Assembly (NCBI GenBank): GCA_028534125.1
Contig: CM052818.1
Coordinates: forward strand, 2,606,001-2,670,000
DNA length: 64,000 nt
Origin: Lama glama
Taxonomy: Eukaryota
Direction of reading: 5' to 3'
This document shows, piece after piece, positions 36,940-53,077 of the stretch (position 1 is the stretch's first letter; each line of letters begins with the position of its first letter). Under the pieces are notes generated by a model. That model was given only the letters and a program-made list of their open reading frames with translations. It was not told where the DNA came from and did no database searches. The translations under genes were made by a program, and so were the position numbers.

Positions 36940-38409
36940 AAAAACTATTCCCTCAAAGGGACCCAGGTTTAATTGAATCAGACCCTAGAGTGATTTATGC
37001 CTTACGGCATTGTTGACAATAGAGCAGTAAGCTGACAATTCACAGAGCCTAAACGGTGGGTCTGATACCAGCAGAGGCAGACAGTTTAACAGAAAGCTCA
37101 GGGAAAGAGGGTGTGAGAGAGTCCTGCTAAAACTCCTACCATCCCAGTTACCCTGCGTATGTCCAGGGCTGCATCCTCTTAGCAGTCATATCAGTGCTTC
37201 ACAATGAGGGGGCAAAATGCTTCACTAAATTGTCCATCCAAGTCACCAAGGGAGTAAACAAGCAAATGACAACAAACCCTGGAGAAAGGGGCAGGAAAAT
37301 CAGTATCCACCATTGCTACAACATATTAATCAGAAAGTCTAATTTTCAACAAAAAATTATCAGACATACAAAGAAACAGAAAAACTATACAGAAAAACTA
37401 TGACCTGTAGGCAGGGAAGAAAGCATACAACAGAAATTGTCTGTGAAAGGGCACAGAGAGAAGATTTAACAAATCAAGATTTCAAAACAGCCATTTTAAG
37501 TATGTTCAAAGAACTAAAGGAAACCATGATTTAAAAAAATAAAAGAAGGAATGTCTCATCAAATAAAGAATATCAATAAAGACAAACTATTTTTTAAAAA
37601 GAACCTAGTGAAAATTTTGGAATTGAACGATACAATAGCTGAAATGAAAAATTCCCTAGAAATTCTCAAGAGTAGATTTGAGCTTGCAGAATAAATAATC
37701 AGCCAACTTGATGATAAGCCAATAGGGATTATGTAATCCAAAGAAAAAAGATTAAAAAAAAAAGAGTGAGAAAAAAATGAACAGAGCCTCAAAAAACTAT
37801 ATGGGACATCATTAGGCACACCGATGGCACATGACAGAAGTACCAGGATGAGAAGTGAGAGAAAGCAGGAAGTCATGACTGAAAGAGATTAATCTTTCAC
37901 ATTTAAGAAGCTCAATAAAGTCAAAGTAGGAAAACACAAAGAGACACACACCATCATACTAAATCATACTAAAAATGCTGAAGGGGAAAATTTTGAAAGC
38001 AGCAAGAGAAAAGTGATTCACTACATACAAGGGGACTCAAAAGATAAACAGCTGACTTTCCATCAGAAATAATAAGGCCATAGGGTGGTGAGATGACACA
38101 GCCAAATGCTGAAAGAGAAAGACTACCAATCAAGAATCTTATATACAGCAGAACTATCTTTCAAAAACGAAGATGAAATAAAGACATTGCCTACTCCCTC
38201 CAAAAAGAAAAAACAAAAACAGAATTTTTTGCTAGCAGCCCTGCCTCACAAGAATTACTAACTGAGGTTCTTTAGACTACTAGCAAGTGATCCTATGCCA
38301 TATTTTGGATCCGTATAAAACAAAAATAAAACAAAGAAAAAACCCAAAGAGCACTGGTAAAGGTAGTTATATACTTATAAAAGGCAATACAGATGAGTAT
38401 TTCTTTAAA

Positions 38410-38735
38410 AAGGATACTATGAACAAATGTACAAAACAGAAACAGACTCATAGACATAGTAAATAATCTTATGGTTATTGGGGAAATGGGGCGGGAAGGG
38501 ATAAATTTGGGAGTTTGAGATTTATAAATGTTAGCCACTATATATAAAAATAGATTTAAAAAAGTTTCTTCTGTAGAGCACAGGGAATTATGTTCAATAT
38601 CTTATAATAACCTTTAATGAAAAAGAATCTGAAAATGAATATATGTATGTATATTCATGACTGGGACATTTTGCTGTACACCAAACACTGACACGTTGTA
38701 ACTGACTGTCCTTCAATAAAAAAGAAAAAAAAGTG
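38410..38735 (+). mobile_element. 5'-truncated younger L1 3' end nested in the old L1
   Basis: aaaacagaaacagactcatagacata...gcacagggaatta.gttcaatatctt...gctgtacacca..cactgacac..ttcaataaaaaa. Confidence 0.75.
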
Positions 38736-41370
38736 AAATAAATGTGTATTTCTTTTCCTTTTAACTGATTTTAAAAGAAATTATAAAAATAATATATACA
38801 TAAAATTATACTGTTGGGCCTATAATGTATGGAAATACATTTCACAATAACAACACACAGGAGGTGGGGAGCAAAGCTGTATGGAGTAAGGAAATAACAC
38901 TGGATTTTAACTTGAATTCACAGGAACAAAAGAAGAGGACCGTAAATGGTAAATTAGAAGATTAACATAACAAAATCTATAAATATATACTGTTCTTCTC
39001 AGCTTCTTTATAGGACATAAAATTACATAAAGCAATAATTGTAGCAAAGTATTATTACATATGTTACATACACAGATGTAATATGTATAATAATATCACA
39101 AAAAGTGGAAGAGAAAATAGAGAGCTATAGGATATACAGAATATATATGATGTTCGGTATCTCCTTGGAATTAATATAAGTCTAAAATAGATTCTGCTAA
39201 GGTGAGATGTATATGGCAAGCCCTAGAGGAAACACTAAGAAAACAAATAAAAAACAAAAGTGAAAAACATAATTAACAGAATTAGAATGTTACACTACAA
39301 GAGATTCACTTAATGCAAAAGAAAGCATGAAAGGAGGAACAGAGAAACAACAACATGATACATACAGAAAATGACAAGTAAAATGGCAGATGTATATCCC
39401 ACATAGCAGGTATAACATTCAGTGTGAATGGATTTAACAATCCAATCAAAAGGCAGAAGTGGTCAAACTGAAAAAAAGTAGAGATACAATTATGTGCTGT
39501 CTACAGGAGATGTACTTTAGATTCAAAGATACAAATAGGCTGAAAGTAAGAGGATGGAAAAAGATACATGTTGCAAGCAGCAACCATAAGAAAGTTGGAG
39601 TGGTTATACTAGTATTAGACAAAATAGACTTTAACACACACACACACAAATACTATTACAAGAGATAAAGAGAGCCAATTCATAATGATAACAGGGTCAA
39701 TCCATCAGGAAGACATAGCAATTAAACAGACGTGCACTTAACAACACAGCCCCCAAAATATGAAGCAACAACTGACAGAATTGAAAGAAGAAATCGATCA
39801 CTTAACAATAATAGTTGGAGACTTCAATCCCCCGCTTTCAATAATGGATAGAACAAGAAGATAGAAGTGCAACATGGAAACAGAAGACTTGAATAACACT
39901 GTGAACCAAACACTATCAATATAGAAGACATGAACAACACTACAAATCAAATCACTAAGAGGCATCTATAGTACCTCTAATGAACAACAGCAGAACACAC
40001 ATTCTTCTCAAGTGTACATGAAACATTCTTCAAAATAGACAACGTACAGGACCATAAAATAAGCCTCAATAACCTTATATGAATTAACTTACACAGTTGT
40101 GTGTTCTCTGACCACACTGGAATGAAATCAGAAATCAATGACAGAAAGAAACTTGGGAAATTCACAAATACGTGGAAATGAAGAAACACACTTCCAAATA
40201 ACAAATGAGTCAAAGAAGAAATCAAAAGGGAAATTCAAAAATACTTTGAGATGAATAACAACAAAAGCACAGCATACCATACCTTACTGAGTGTGCTAAA
40301 GCAGTGCTAAGCAGAATATTTATAGTCGTAAATGCCTATGTTAAAAAAAGAAGAAAGATCTCCAATAAATAGCCTAAAATTCCACCTTAACAATGGAAAA
40401 AGAAGAGCGAACTAAACCCAAAGCAAGTAGAAGGAAATAACGAAGATCAGAGTAGAAATTAATGAAACAGAATTTTAAAAAATAGATAAAATCAACAAAA
40501 CCAGAAGATGATTCTTTGAAAAGATCAACAAGATTGGCAAGTCTTTAACTCCACTGACCAAAAAAAGAACAGAAAGAAGAATCAAATTACTGAAACAGGA
40601 ATGAAAGAGGGGACATTACTCCAGACATTACAGGAAAAAAAGATTACAAGGGATTACCATGATCAATTATTTTTCAACAATTTATTTAATTTAGGTGAAA
40701 TGGACAAATTCTTAGAAGGACACAAAGAACCAAAATGGACCGAGGAAGAAACAGAAAGTATGAATACAACTATAGCAAGTAAAGAGATTCAATTAGTAAT
40801 AATCTTTAAAAAAAAAAAAACCTACACACAAAGAAAATCCCAGGCTTAGACATCTGCTGAATCTGCCAAACATTTAAAGAACTATTACCAATTACTCACA
40901 ATCTCTTCCAAAAGTGAAAAATAAAACAGCAAACAATTCCAACTCATTCTATGAGTCTAGGATCACCCTGATATCAAAATCAGACAAAACATAACAAGAA
41001 AAAAAAAATCCTACAGGTCAATATATCTTACAACTAAAAATGCAAAAATTCTCAACAAAACACTACCAAACAGAATCTAGTAACCTATAAAAAAGATTGT
41101 ACACCATGACAAAATGGAATTTAATCCCAGGAATGCAACATTGGTTTAACATCTGAAAATCAATCAATGTAGTACACCATATTGATAAAGGACACAAACT
41201 CGTATCATCTCAACAGGCACAGAAAGAGCATTTAACAAAATTCCACACCTCTTCTAAATAAAGCACTCAATAAACTTGGAATGGAAGGAAATTCTTCAAC
41301 TTGATCGAGTCTTTATGTAAAATCCACAGCTAATATCATACTTAATGGTAAAAGATTAAATGATTTCCCT

Positions 41371-41518
41371 TTAAAAAAGTTTTTTTTTGTGGGGGAGGTA
41401 ATTAGGTTTTGTTTGTTTGTTTGTTTACTTATTTATTTTAATGGAGGTACTGGGGATTGAACCCAAGACCTCGTGCACACTAAGCATACACCGTACTACT
41501 GAGTTACACCCTTCCCCC
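41371..41518 (-). mobile_element. Vic-1-type SINE (antisense), TSD aaatgatttc
   Basis: Reverse reads ggggaagggtgtaactcagtagtacgg...gaggtcttgggttcaatccccagtacctcc plus tail; aaatgatttc on both flanks (41358, 41519). Confidence 0.85.
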
Positions 41519-42497
41519 AAATGATTTCACACAGGCGACCACATGGATGAACCTTGAAAATATTATGCTAAGTGAAAGAAGCCAGCTACAGAAGAGCATA
41601 CAGTGCATGACTCCATTTGTATGAGATGTTATGAGCTACAGAGATTAAGATTAATGGCTGTCACAGGCTAGGGAAGGGGCAGGGGAGGGGTTTGAGGGGG
41701 GATGGCTAGGGGTGCAGGGTTTCTTTTTGAGGTAATGAAAATGTTCTACAGTTGATTGTAGTGATGATTGCATAACTCTGCGAATATCCTACAAGTTGTT
41801 GAATTATACGATTACAAATAGGTAAATTGTATGGTATGTAAATTGCATCTCAATAACTCTGTTATTAACTAAGAACAACCCAATGCCGTGTGGACACCCA
41901 AAAGCTTCCCCTAAACTGGCTGTAAATTGTCTTGGGGATGGGGATTTTCTGCTCAGGGCCTCCTTTGTTGCCAGCTCTGGCTTGGTTCCACAACACCCTG
42001 ACCCAGAAATGGAACCCAGCCTTCTGGGTTCTGTCCTCCCAATCTGCCCTGCCTCTTAGGAAGCATCCATGACGTCACTGCAGTTGGGGCAGAGGAGACA
42101 GGAAGGGGTGACATTACAGAAGAGCAGGCAGCTTTCAAAAGAAGAAACTTCAGGCATCCTGGTTTTTAGGACACACCACATCCATTTGTTAACTGACGGG
42201 CCCTCCACAGCCTTGCGCTCACGGTCCCCACCGTTCCTCAGGCTACGGCTCCAGCAACGCCCTTCCCTGCCTGAAGCAAACCAAATTCCTCCCTAACATC
42301 TCTTAGGCGCAGCTGTTCAAAACCAGACACATCTTTTGTGGCCTTGAGATTGTCCTTTCAATGGCCCCTGAGCTCACGTTCCACCCAAGAAATTTCTCGT
42401 TTTTTTTTTTTAAACAAAGGTAAGTGTCTCCCTAAGAAGAATTCGACTGTCAGCTGTTGACACTAATGTGCTTATTGTTTTAAGGCAGAGAGAACAG

Positions 42498-42503
42498 TTT
42501 AAT
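42498..42503 (-). terminator. ATTAAA poly(A) signal candidate for ATP6V1B1
   Basis: tttaat on + strand, about 360 nt past the stop codon. Confidence 0.45.
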
Positions 42504-42864
42504 GAACCTTCTGTATCCACCACCTTCAGCTCCAACAATTATCAGTGTTTTCCCAACCTTGTTTTCATATAAGATTAATTCTTACGTGGGGGGAGGGTCA
42601 CAGGGAGAGGGCTTTTAAAATACAAATGCTCCCATCAGAACAAGACAGAATATAGGCTTGACAACCTTCTGTTCTTCCCCAATTCGGGGAATCCAGGGAG
42701 AGGACTGGAGCGTGGGAACCCCCCAGAGCCTGCGGGGTGCTGAGGGTGGGCACGGAGCGGCTGGCTCAGGTGTGTGGACCAAGTAGACGGCGTGGGGTGT
42801 GTGGACGGCGGCGCCCCCTGAGGGCTGTCCGGGACCTCGCTCTGGGGCCTCGCTGTGGGCGGGG

Positions 42865-43028
42865 CTAGAGCGCAGTGTCGGGCTCGGGGTCCTGCGGCGC
42901 CACCTCGCGGGAGTAGAATTCATCAATCATGCTCTGCGGGATGCGCTTCAGCATCTCCTTGGGGAAGATGCGCAACAGCTTCCAGCCCAGGTCCAAAGAC
43001 TCGAACACGGAGCGTTTCTCATAGGGGC
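42865..43028 (-). CDS. ATP6V1B1: ATP6V1B1 exon 14 coding part ([53 protein letters not shown])
   Basis: cctag acceptor, TAG ending at 42865. Confidence 0.95.
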
Positions 43029-43092
43029 CTAGGGATGGAGCAGAAGTGTTAAGGGTGTGTGTGGGGGTGTGTGTGCCAGAGTATGGGGGTTA

Positions 43093-43555
<463 letters not shown>

Positions 43556-44378
43556 CTAGGGCAGCAGAAGAAGGGAGTGGTAGAGGCGGGGTCTAAACTT
43601 TCCCTTCTTCCGCACCTCTACTTGTATGCCCCCCCCCCCCGCTGACCCTGGATTTCAGGAAACTGGTCCCTATTCATCCAACAGAAAGGTCTGTTGGTCA
43701 CACCTGCCCTTCTTTATCTCCCACAAATTCTAGGGCTTGTCTACACGCGTACTCCTAGACAGCCGAGTGGAGGGGGGAGATGGCATGACATTAGTTAATG
43801 AAAATCTTGCTATTTCAAAACTTTTGATTATTTGGACAGGAACCAAAAGCTTGTTTTCGCTTGAAGCTGAATAGTTATAGCTCCAAAGAAAGAAGCTGCC
43901 AAGCAAAGAGGAAAAAGTCATAAGGGGTTGCCTTTAACCTCAAATGGGACTGACCCATCTTCTAACCCTTTGGCACGTTATACACTATCTACTTGTGTCA
44001 CCAAAGCACATTACTAGAAAGGAAAGAAAATGGTATTTATTTAGTACCTACTATCTGCTACCTGTTTTCCATAATGCCAACTTATTTTATTCTCCACAAT
44101 GTAACTGCATGCTAAGTATTATTATTCTCATTTTATAGATGAGGAAACCTAGGATCAGAGAGATGAATATTTTCTCAATGTCCCACAACCAGATAGGCTG
44201 GATTCCACCTAGACGTGTCTTCTTCTGCGAACCACAGTCTTCCTGGGGGGTTGTGTCCTATTTTGGGGTTAGCCTTGCCTGGCCCCTCCCAATTCACAGG
44301 GAGATGAAGCTCAAAGGGTTGGCAGGAGATCTGTGGGCCAGTGTCTTTGGGGATGATGGAGAGAGCAGGAGGTGGCTA

Positions 44379-44597
<219 letters not shown>

Positions 44598-44623
44598 CTA
44601 TCTGGATGGAGGAAGATGTGCTA

Positions 44624-44884
<261 letters not shown>

Positions 44885-44999
44885 TCACTGGGGTAAGAAA
44901 GGGAGCAAAGGGCTGCAACAAGGAAGGGGGAGGGGGAGCTTCACTGACAACGAATAATGGGGGTCAGGCCTGGGGGGGCAGCTCTGGGTGCAGTGACTA

Positions 45000-45359
<360 letters not shown>

Positions 45360-46159
45360 TCAGCCATGTCCAAGGTGGCAAAGGAGACAGAGGCTGCGGC
45401 AGGAAGGAGCTTGGTAGGAGAGAGATAGGCAGGGCCAGGAGTGTCTGATGAGGATGACAGTGGCCCTGTCCCCATGGTCTCTGCTGTCACGCCCCCTCCC
45501 CTCAGGGCGCCTGCACTTGGGTTAGCTGGAGCTTGCACTCTGTGTCCTCAGGGCTCTTTCCTTACAGTTTCCCTCACTATTCCTGACCAGCTTGCTGGTC
45601 ATCCCGCTCGCCTGCCCCTGCAGCCCCTTCCACTTTGAGCGCTCCTGGGTCCGGGCACTCTCAGTCCCCGGGCCCTGCGCCTGTGACTCTCCATCTGGGC
45701 CTTGTGCTAGCGGAACTCTGGAACCTTCAGTTCCCAGGACAGTTGATTGGGTTTTTCTTTTTCATCACCTGACCTGCAAATTTAAACTCCCATTTTCTCA
45801 ACTTTTAAAATAGCAGTTTTTCTAAGAAAATAGTTTAGGGAAATCTCTCTTTAGAGGTGACCTTGTGGAAGTGAGTCAAGGATGAGGCACCCTGACTTGG
45901 GACGGTGGCCGGGCGCAGGTTGGAAGAGTGGAGGGGCGGCAGGTGCCAGGCGGGCTTGTGGTCCAGCTCCTTCTGTCTCTCCGGGGTCTGTCCCTACCTC
46001 TTCCGCAGCCTCAGTTTCCCCACCTGCACAGCAAGGGGCTGTTCTCCCAGCCCTGGCCGGTGGCTGGAGGTCTGGGATGCCTGGGACCCGGTGCTCTGGG
46101 TCTGGGGAGGGGACAGGGGCTGCTGCCTGAGGGCAGCATGGGTGTCAGGGGGCAGCTCA

Positions 46160-46348
<189 letters not shown>

Positions 46349-46528
46349 CTAACAGTCACTGGGGAGACCCTGGGGCTTGAGAGGACAGGGCCTGGGTTTG
46401 CTAGCCAGTCCGGGGTAGCATCTCATCAGATCCCCAGAGTGAGGTTCAGACTTCAGGCTGCGCTCTGCCCAGTGCCACTCCTGCTCCTTACCTGGCCAGC
46501 TGCTTCCCTGCTCAACTCCCTGTCCTCA

Positions 46529-46957
<429 letters not shown>

Positions 46958-47690
46958 TCAGACCCAGAGCCGGAGCCCGCCGCCCTGATCACCACTGAGA
47001 AGCATGGATGGAGCAGTTCCCAGCACACCCTCTTGCTGAGGCCTGTGGTGGGAGGATTCCAAGGCCAGAAAGGTGGAACTGCTGCCCTGGGTCCTACAAC
47101 CATTCTCAGGGGAGGGGCTACCCTGCTCTGTGGCACCTGAGGGCCCGGGGTGCCTGTCATGAGGAGCAGGATGGAAAACCAGTTCCAGGGAGCAGCTGCC
47201 TACCATGGGTTTGGGGCAGTTCAGCCCTTCAGGACCCCCTGTGCCCCCCAGCCTGCTGGGGTTTATCTGGGGTTTGCCCCAGGCCTGCAGGGTGTTACCA
47301 GTCACCACGTCCTGATCCAGGATGTGTGTGTCTATAGGGGGAGGCGGGGACACTTACGCCCTCTTATCACTCAGACTATTTTGAGGGTGAGCCGGGGGCA
47401 CATCAGGAGTAGTTGGGTGGGGGTGATCGGGGGGAGCATCTAGAAACCTTGTCGCACCAGCTGCTCTGAGAAGAGCTGGGCTATTCACTCTTGGTGGCGG
47501 GGGCAGGGTAGCAAACCTGCACAGGGGGCCTCAGACAGCAGTGGGGCTGGTACGAGGTGGGTTCACTCATTGCAGGCGAGTGCAGACCATTAGCAGGACC
47601 AGTGAGCAGAGCTGTCCACTCAGCTGAGCAGGACTTCCAACGCTGGGGCTACCCATGGGCTCTCCTGTGAGCCAGTGTGTGCCCCACTCA

Positions 47691-48089
<399 letters not shown>

Positions 48090-48509
48090 TCAGGTCTTTC
48101 CCTGCCCTCCCCCAACCCTGCCGCAGACTCAGGAGCTCTGTTTAACAGGATTTTCTGTGATGATGGCAATCCAGAAAGCAGCCCTGGTCACACATGGCTG
48201 TTGAGCATGTGAATTATGGTTTTGAAATGAAATTAATTTCATTTGAATTAGCTTATTTAAATAGCCATAGTCCAGTGCTCCCTTGGATGCCGCCCTGGTG
48301 CATTAGAAGCGGCAGGCAGGTGGGAGCCGGAAGGCAGGAGAGTGTGGTTCTCAAGTGTGTGGGCAGCTTTGCACAGCGATGGTGAAATTTTACAGGAACA
48401 GGTCGTGAAGTGATGCCGCCCCTCTGCGACTCCCACAGCTCACCTGATCTGCCTGTCACTCTGACCAGCCCTGGGGGTGAGCCCTGGGCGATGGCCCTGG
48501 CCCATATCA

Positions 48510-48722
<213 letters not shown>

Positions 48723-49270
48723 TCAGGACCAGCCCTGGGTCTCTCACTGCTGCTCACCCTCCACACCACCACCAGCTCTCACCTGCCCCTCGTGCCCCAA
48801 ATGCTCCACGGCCCCTCCCTTCAGCCCTCAGTTATCCCCAAGGAACTGGCTATGGTGTCTGTCTCCTTGGAGGTCTTCCCTCTTCTCCTGGGAACCTTTA
48901 CAGGCACGGCCTTGGCCCAGGGCAATCACTGTAATGGGGGGCTTAGGACTGGAAAGTGGAGAGGGCCAGGTATGGCAGATCTTGGGGGAAAAGTAGGGGA
49001 CGTGCAGCCCGTTTCAGCCTGACCCCAAATATATGGCTACATACTCTGCCTCTGGTTTATTGAACCTGCCTTCCTCGTGTATTAAACACCTGCTGTATAT
49101 CAGGCCCTGAGTTGGGTGAGCGGTCAAAGAGATGACACAACCTCTGACCTCAAATGGCTCCCCGGGGAGGCAGACATGTAAGGAGGCAATGCCAGTGGGG
49201 TCTGCTAAGCACCTGGTCAGGGAAGCTGGGCTGGCAGGACGGAGGGGCGCCCCCACCCTGCTCACCCTCA

Positions 49271-49372
<102 letters not shown>

Positions 49373-49560
49373 CTATGGGGCAAGAGGTTAGTTTCTCTAA
49401 AAAAGATGCTTGCTGGGGAGAGCAGTGCCCCCCATTCTAGGCTCCCTGTGAGTCCAGCTCTGGGCAAGGCACTCTCGGGTGGGGTGGGGAAATAGGACAT
49501 TTTCTGCCTTTGGAGCTTATAAAATAGTGTGGAAACTTTGTGGGCTCACTTATTTATTCA

Positions 49561-49746
<186 letters not shown>

Positions 49747-49864
49747 CTATTTCCTCCCCATCCCTCCTTGACCCAGTCTCAAGCTCCTACCTTCCCTCTT
49801 ATGCCCAGATTCTCTTGGAAATGAACTTGAGAGACTAGTAAGTGGGAAGTTTGAATTCTGTTTG

Positions 49865-50110
49865 GGAGGCAGTATACCTGCATGGGTAGGAGCACCAACT
49901 TTAGGGTTGGAAGACCAGGGTTAGAATTGAAGCTCTGACACGTAGAAGCTGTGTGACCTTGTGAAAGTTACTTAATGTCTCTGAGCCTTACTTTCCTCAT
50001 CTTTAATCTGTGGATAATAATAACACCTACTTCATAGGGCTGCTGTGGGGAGAAAATATATGAACGTCATTAGCTGGTGCCTGGACTTTTAACAGTTTAA
50101 TAAAATGTAG
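49865..50110 (+). mobile_element. MIR SINE remnant in ATP6V1B1 intron 2
   Basis: gctgtgtgaccttgtgaaagttacttaatgtctctgagcctta.tttcctcatct...ataataataacacctacttcatagggctg. Confidence 0.75.
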
Positions 50111-50309
50111 TAGATATTGTGACTGCTTAGATCTCCTGGACAGCACAGTTGTTTCTGCCCCTGTGGACCTGTGGTAAACACACTGGCAAGGTCCTCTCCT
50201 CGGCTCCCAGGTGTCTCCATCTACCAGCGGCAATCTTTCCCTAGCCATGGGGCTGGGATCAATTCACATGTAGTCTTCACAGTCTTTCAGGAATAAAAAG
50301 AATAAGTCA

Positions 50310-50362
50310 ATCACTTCTCTTTTGGCTAAGATCCAGTATAGTTTTCATTCTGATCAGTGTAA
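50310..50362 (+). pseudogene. 3'-truncated U2 snRNA retropseudogene (about the first 57 nt of U2)
   Basis: atcacttctc----ttttggctaagatccagtatagttttcattctgatcagtgtaa aligns to U2 ATCGCTTCTCGGCCTTTTGGCTAAGATCAAGTGTAGTATCTGTTCTTATCAGTTTAA, starting at U2 nt 1. Confidence 0.85.
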
Positions 50363-50377
50363 AAAAGCATCAGGCTA

Positions 50378-51508
50378 TTATCTGGAATACGTAAAGAAAT
50401 TTTACAAGTCAACAATAAAAAGAGAAATACCCTGATTAAAAAAATGGCAAAGGATCTACACAGACATTTCTCCAAAGAGGATAGACACATGCCCAATAGA
50501 CACATACAAGCTCAACTCTTTAGTCATTAAGGAAAGCAAATCAAAACTGCAGTGACATAGCCCTTCACGCTCATTAATACGTCTGGAAGAATAAAGACAG
50601 ATCATAACAGTTGTTAAGGGTGTGGAGAAATGGGAACCCTCAGACTCTGATGGTGGGAATGTAAAATTATGTGGCCACTTTGGAAAACAGGCTGGAAGTT
50701 TCTCAAAAGGTTAGACATAGAGTTACACTATGACCCAACACTTCCCCTCCCAGGTGTATACCCAAGAGAAACAGAAACACCTGTCCATGTGAAGACTTGC
50801 ACATGAATGTTCATAGCAGCAGTATTCATCACAGGCGAAAAGCGGAAACAACCCAAATGTCCAAAGACTGAAGCATGGATAAACGAAAGGTGGCATAGAA
50901 CACCCAGTGGAATATTAGTCAGCCTTAATGAGGAACGAAGTACTGCTACACACTGCAACACGGATGAACCTTGAAAACATCATGCTGAGTGAAAGAAGCC
51001 AGACACAACAGGCCACATATTATATGATTCCTTTGATATGAAGTGTGCCGAAGAATCAAATCCATAAAACAAAAAGATTAGTGATTGCTGGGGGCTGGAG
51101 GAGGGACGATTAAGGGTGACAACTAATAAAATAGGTCCAGGGTTTCATTTTGAGGTGATGAAAATGTTCTGCGGCAGGGAGGGTATAACTCAGTGGTAAA
51201 CGTGTGCTTAGCATGCACGAGGTCCTGGGTTCAATCCCTGGTACCTCCATTAAATAAACAAACAAATAAATAACTGAATATATATGTATATATATATAAG
51301 TTTATATATATACACATACATATATATAAACTGAATTACTCCCCCCCCTAAAAAAAAACAAAGAAAAATTAAAAAAAAAGAGAGAAAATGTTCTGGCATC
51401 AAATAATGGTGATGGTTGCACAACTCTATGTATACACTAAAAACTACTGAACTATGTACCTTAAAAGGGTCAAGTTTATGGTATACAAATTATAACTCAA
51501 TTAAAAAA
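50378..51508 (+). mobile_element. L1MB/MC-like ORF2 end plus 3' UTR, interrupted by a SINE
   Basis: cagacatttctccaaagagga...ggtgggaatgtaaaa...atgaatgttcatagcagc...ggatgaaccttgaaaacatcatgctgagtgaaagaagccagacac...ggtgatggttgcacaac. Confidence 0.85.
51172..51383 (+). mobile_element. Vic-1-type SINE with (TA)-rich tail, perfect TSD gaaaatgttctg (51160-51171 / 51384-51395)
   Basis: gggagggtataactcagtggta...gcatgcacgaggtcctgggttcaatccctggtacctcc; 12 bp TSD. Confidence 0.88.
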
Positions 51509-53077
51509 CCAATCAGGCTGTCTTTCCAGGACCACAGGCAGCAGGTGGGCAGGCAGAGGTCTGCCCCAAGGGAAACCAGGATCCCAGTCTTCATCCACAT
51601 CCAGAGGAGGCTATGAGCTGAGCCGAAGAAGCTGGGCTGGAGAAGCAGATCCTCCCCACTGACACTGGTCCTGTGCTCTGATCAGCAGCAGGAGGGCTCA
51701 GTCCCGTACCTGCATCTTCTTCCCAGGGGAGGTACTGGAGAGAATGCATAGCATCTCCCCAGGCTCCCTCACCTCGCCTCCCATCCACCCTGCTTCCTTG
51801 ATTTACTTCAGGGAATAAATCATAATCTTAATCCAGTAAAAATAAATGGTAAAGAGACTGCACCCCTCCTTGTAATGTTCCTAATATTCTGGGAAATTAA
51901 AGGAGTACTTTTCTAAATCATTCCTTGAACATTAGAAGAAATCAAAACTGAAATGACAGGTGAAATAGAAAATAATAAAAAAATCTTAACTTCATGCCAT
52001 GGACTTAGAGGACATACCAAGCTGTACCATGTTTTCTGACCAGAGTCAGAGTAAGTCAGAAACCAGTAATGAAAAGAGAGTGAGAAAAGCTTCATTCATA
52101 TGGAAATTTTGAAATATTCTAAATATGTAAGAACTTACCATCAGATCAGAGAATATTTAGCACCATATAAACAAAAACTATTTCTCAACATTGTATGTGA
52201 TACACGGAAAACTTAAATGCTTTATATTAGAGAAGAAAAAAGGTAGAGGTAGTTTAAAAGTACGCAACATGGAAAGGTAAAAAAAGAAAGGTGTTAACAT
52301 TTCAAATAAAATAGAAGAAACAATAAAAGGGCATAAACCATTAAAACACAAACAAATACATAACAGAGAAGATCAACAGAGCCAGACTGGTTCTTTGAAA
52401 AGCCCTAATAAAATCAACAAACCTCTGGCAACTCTGATTAAGAAAAAAGGCATGAATAAATAATTACTGGAATAAAAAAATAAAACTAGCAACACTAATA
52501 ATATTTTTTAAATAATAAAAATTATAAATAACTTTATGCAATATATTTCAGAATTTCGATGCAATGAATAAAGTCCTAGCAGAATACAACTCAAACCAAA
52601 AACAATTAAAAACAAAATAGAGAGCCAGGATAGCCCTATAATCTTCAAGATACTGGATGAATAACTTAAAATCTTTCCATGAAGAAAACACCAGTCCCAG
52701 ACAGTCAGTGAGTTCTAACAATTAAGGAAAAAATCATTTGAAACTTACTTAAGCTCTCAAAAGACTGAAAGAAAAATTCCAGTCTTAATTCATTTTATGA
52801 GGCAAGGATAACCTTGATACAAATGAGATAATAATGGAAAAATGATACGCAATCTTAATCATAAACATAGATGCAAAAAGACTAAACAAATATTAGCAAA
52901 CTAAATCCAGCAATGTACAGAAAAAGACCAAGTTACAAACAAACCAAATAACAAAAAAAAATTTTTAAACAAAAAAATGAAGATAAACACATACGCGCAC
53001 ACAAATAAAAAAAAGAAGACCAAGCTGGGATTAGTCCAGGAATTCAAGGTCATCTAATATTAGAAAATGTATCAGTG

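Larger units (their letters stand above)
36953..41870 (+). mobile_element. Old degenerate L1 (ORF1 remnant about 37450-38280, ORF2 endonuclease-to-RT remnant about 39410-41360, 3' UTR about 41540-41870); probably extends left of the young L1
   Basis: A-rich strand with L1 hallmarks: aaagcagcaagagaaaag, tgtgaatgga..aacaatccaatcaaaaggcag, tgctgtctacaggaga, gttggagacttcaa, ttctttgaaaagatcaac, catggatgaaccttgaaaa; many stops and frameshifts. Confidence 0.85.

Noticed and set aside
39410..41360. Potentially active reverse transcriptase/endonuclease gene
   Set aside because: Old L1 ORF2 full of stops and frameshifts; no long ORF.
48225..48244. Perfect 20 bp palindrome aaatgaaattaatttcattt
   Set aside because: AT-rich and lies within a probable MER3-like transposon remnant; no sign of function.
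50310..50362. Functional U2 snRNA gene
   Set aside because: Only the 5' portion, with a deletion in stem I, altered branch-pairing region and no Sm site; a pseudogene.
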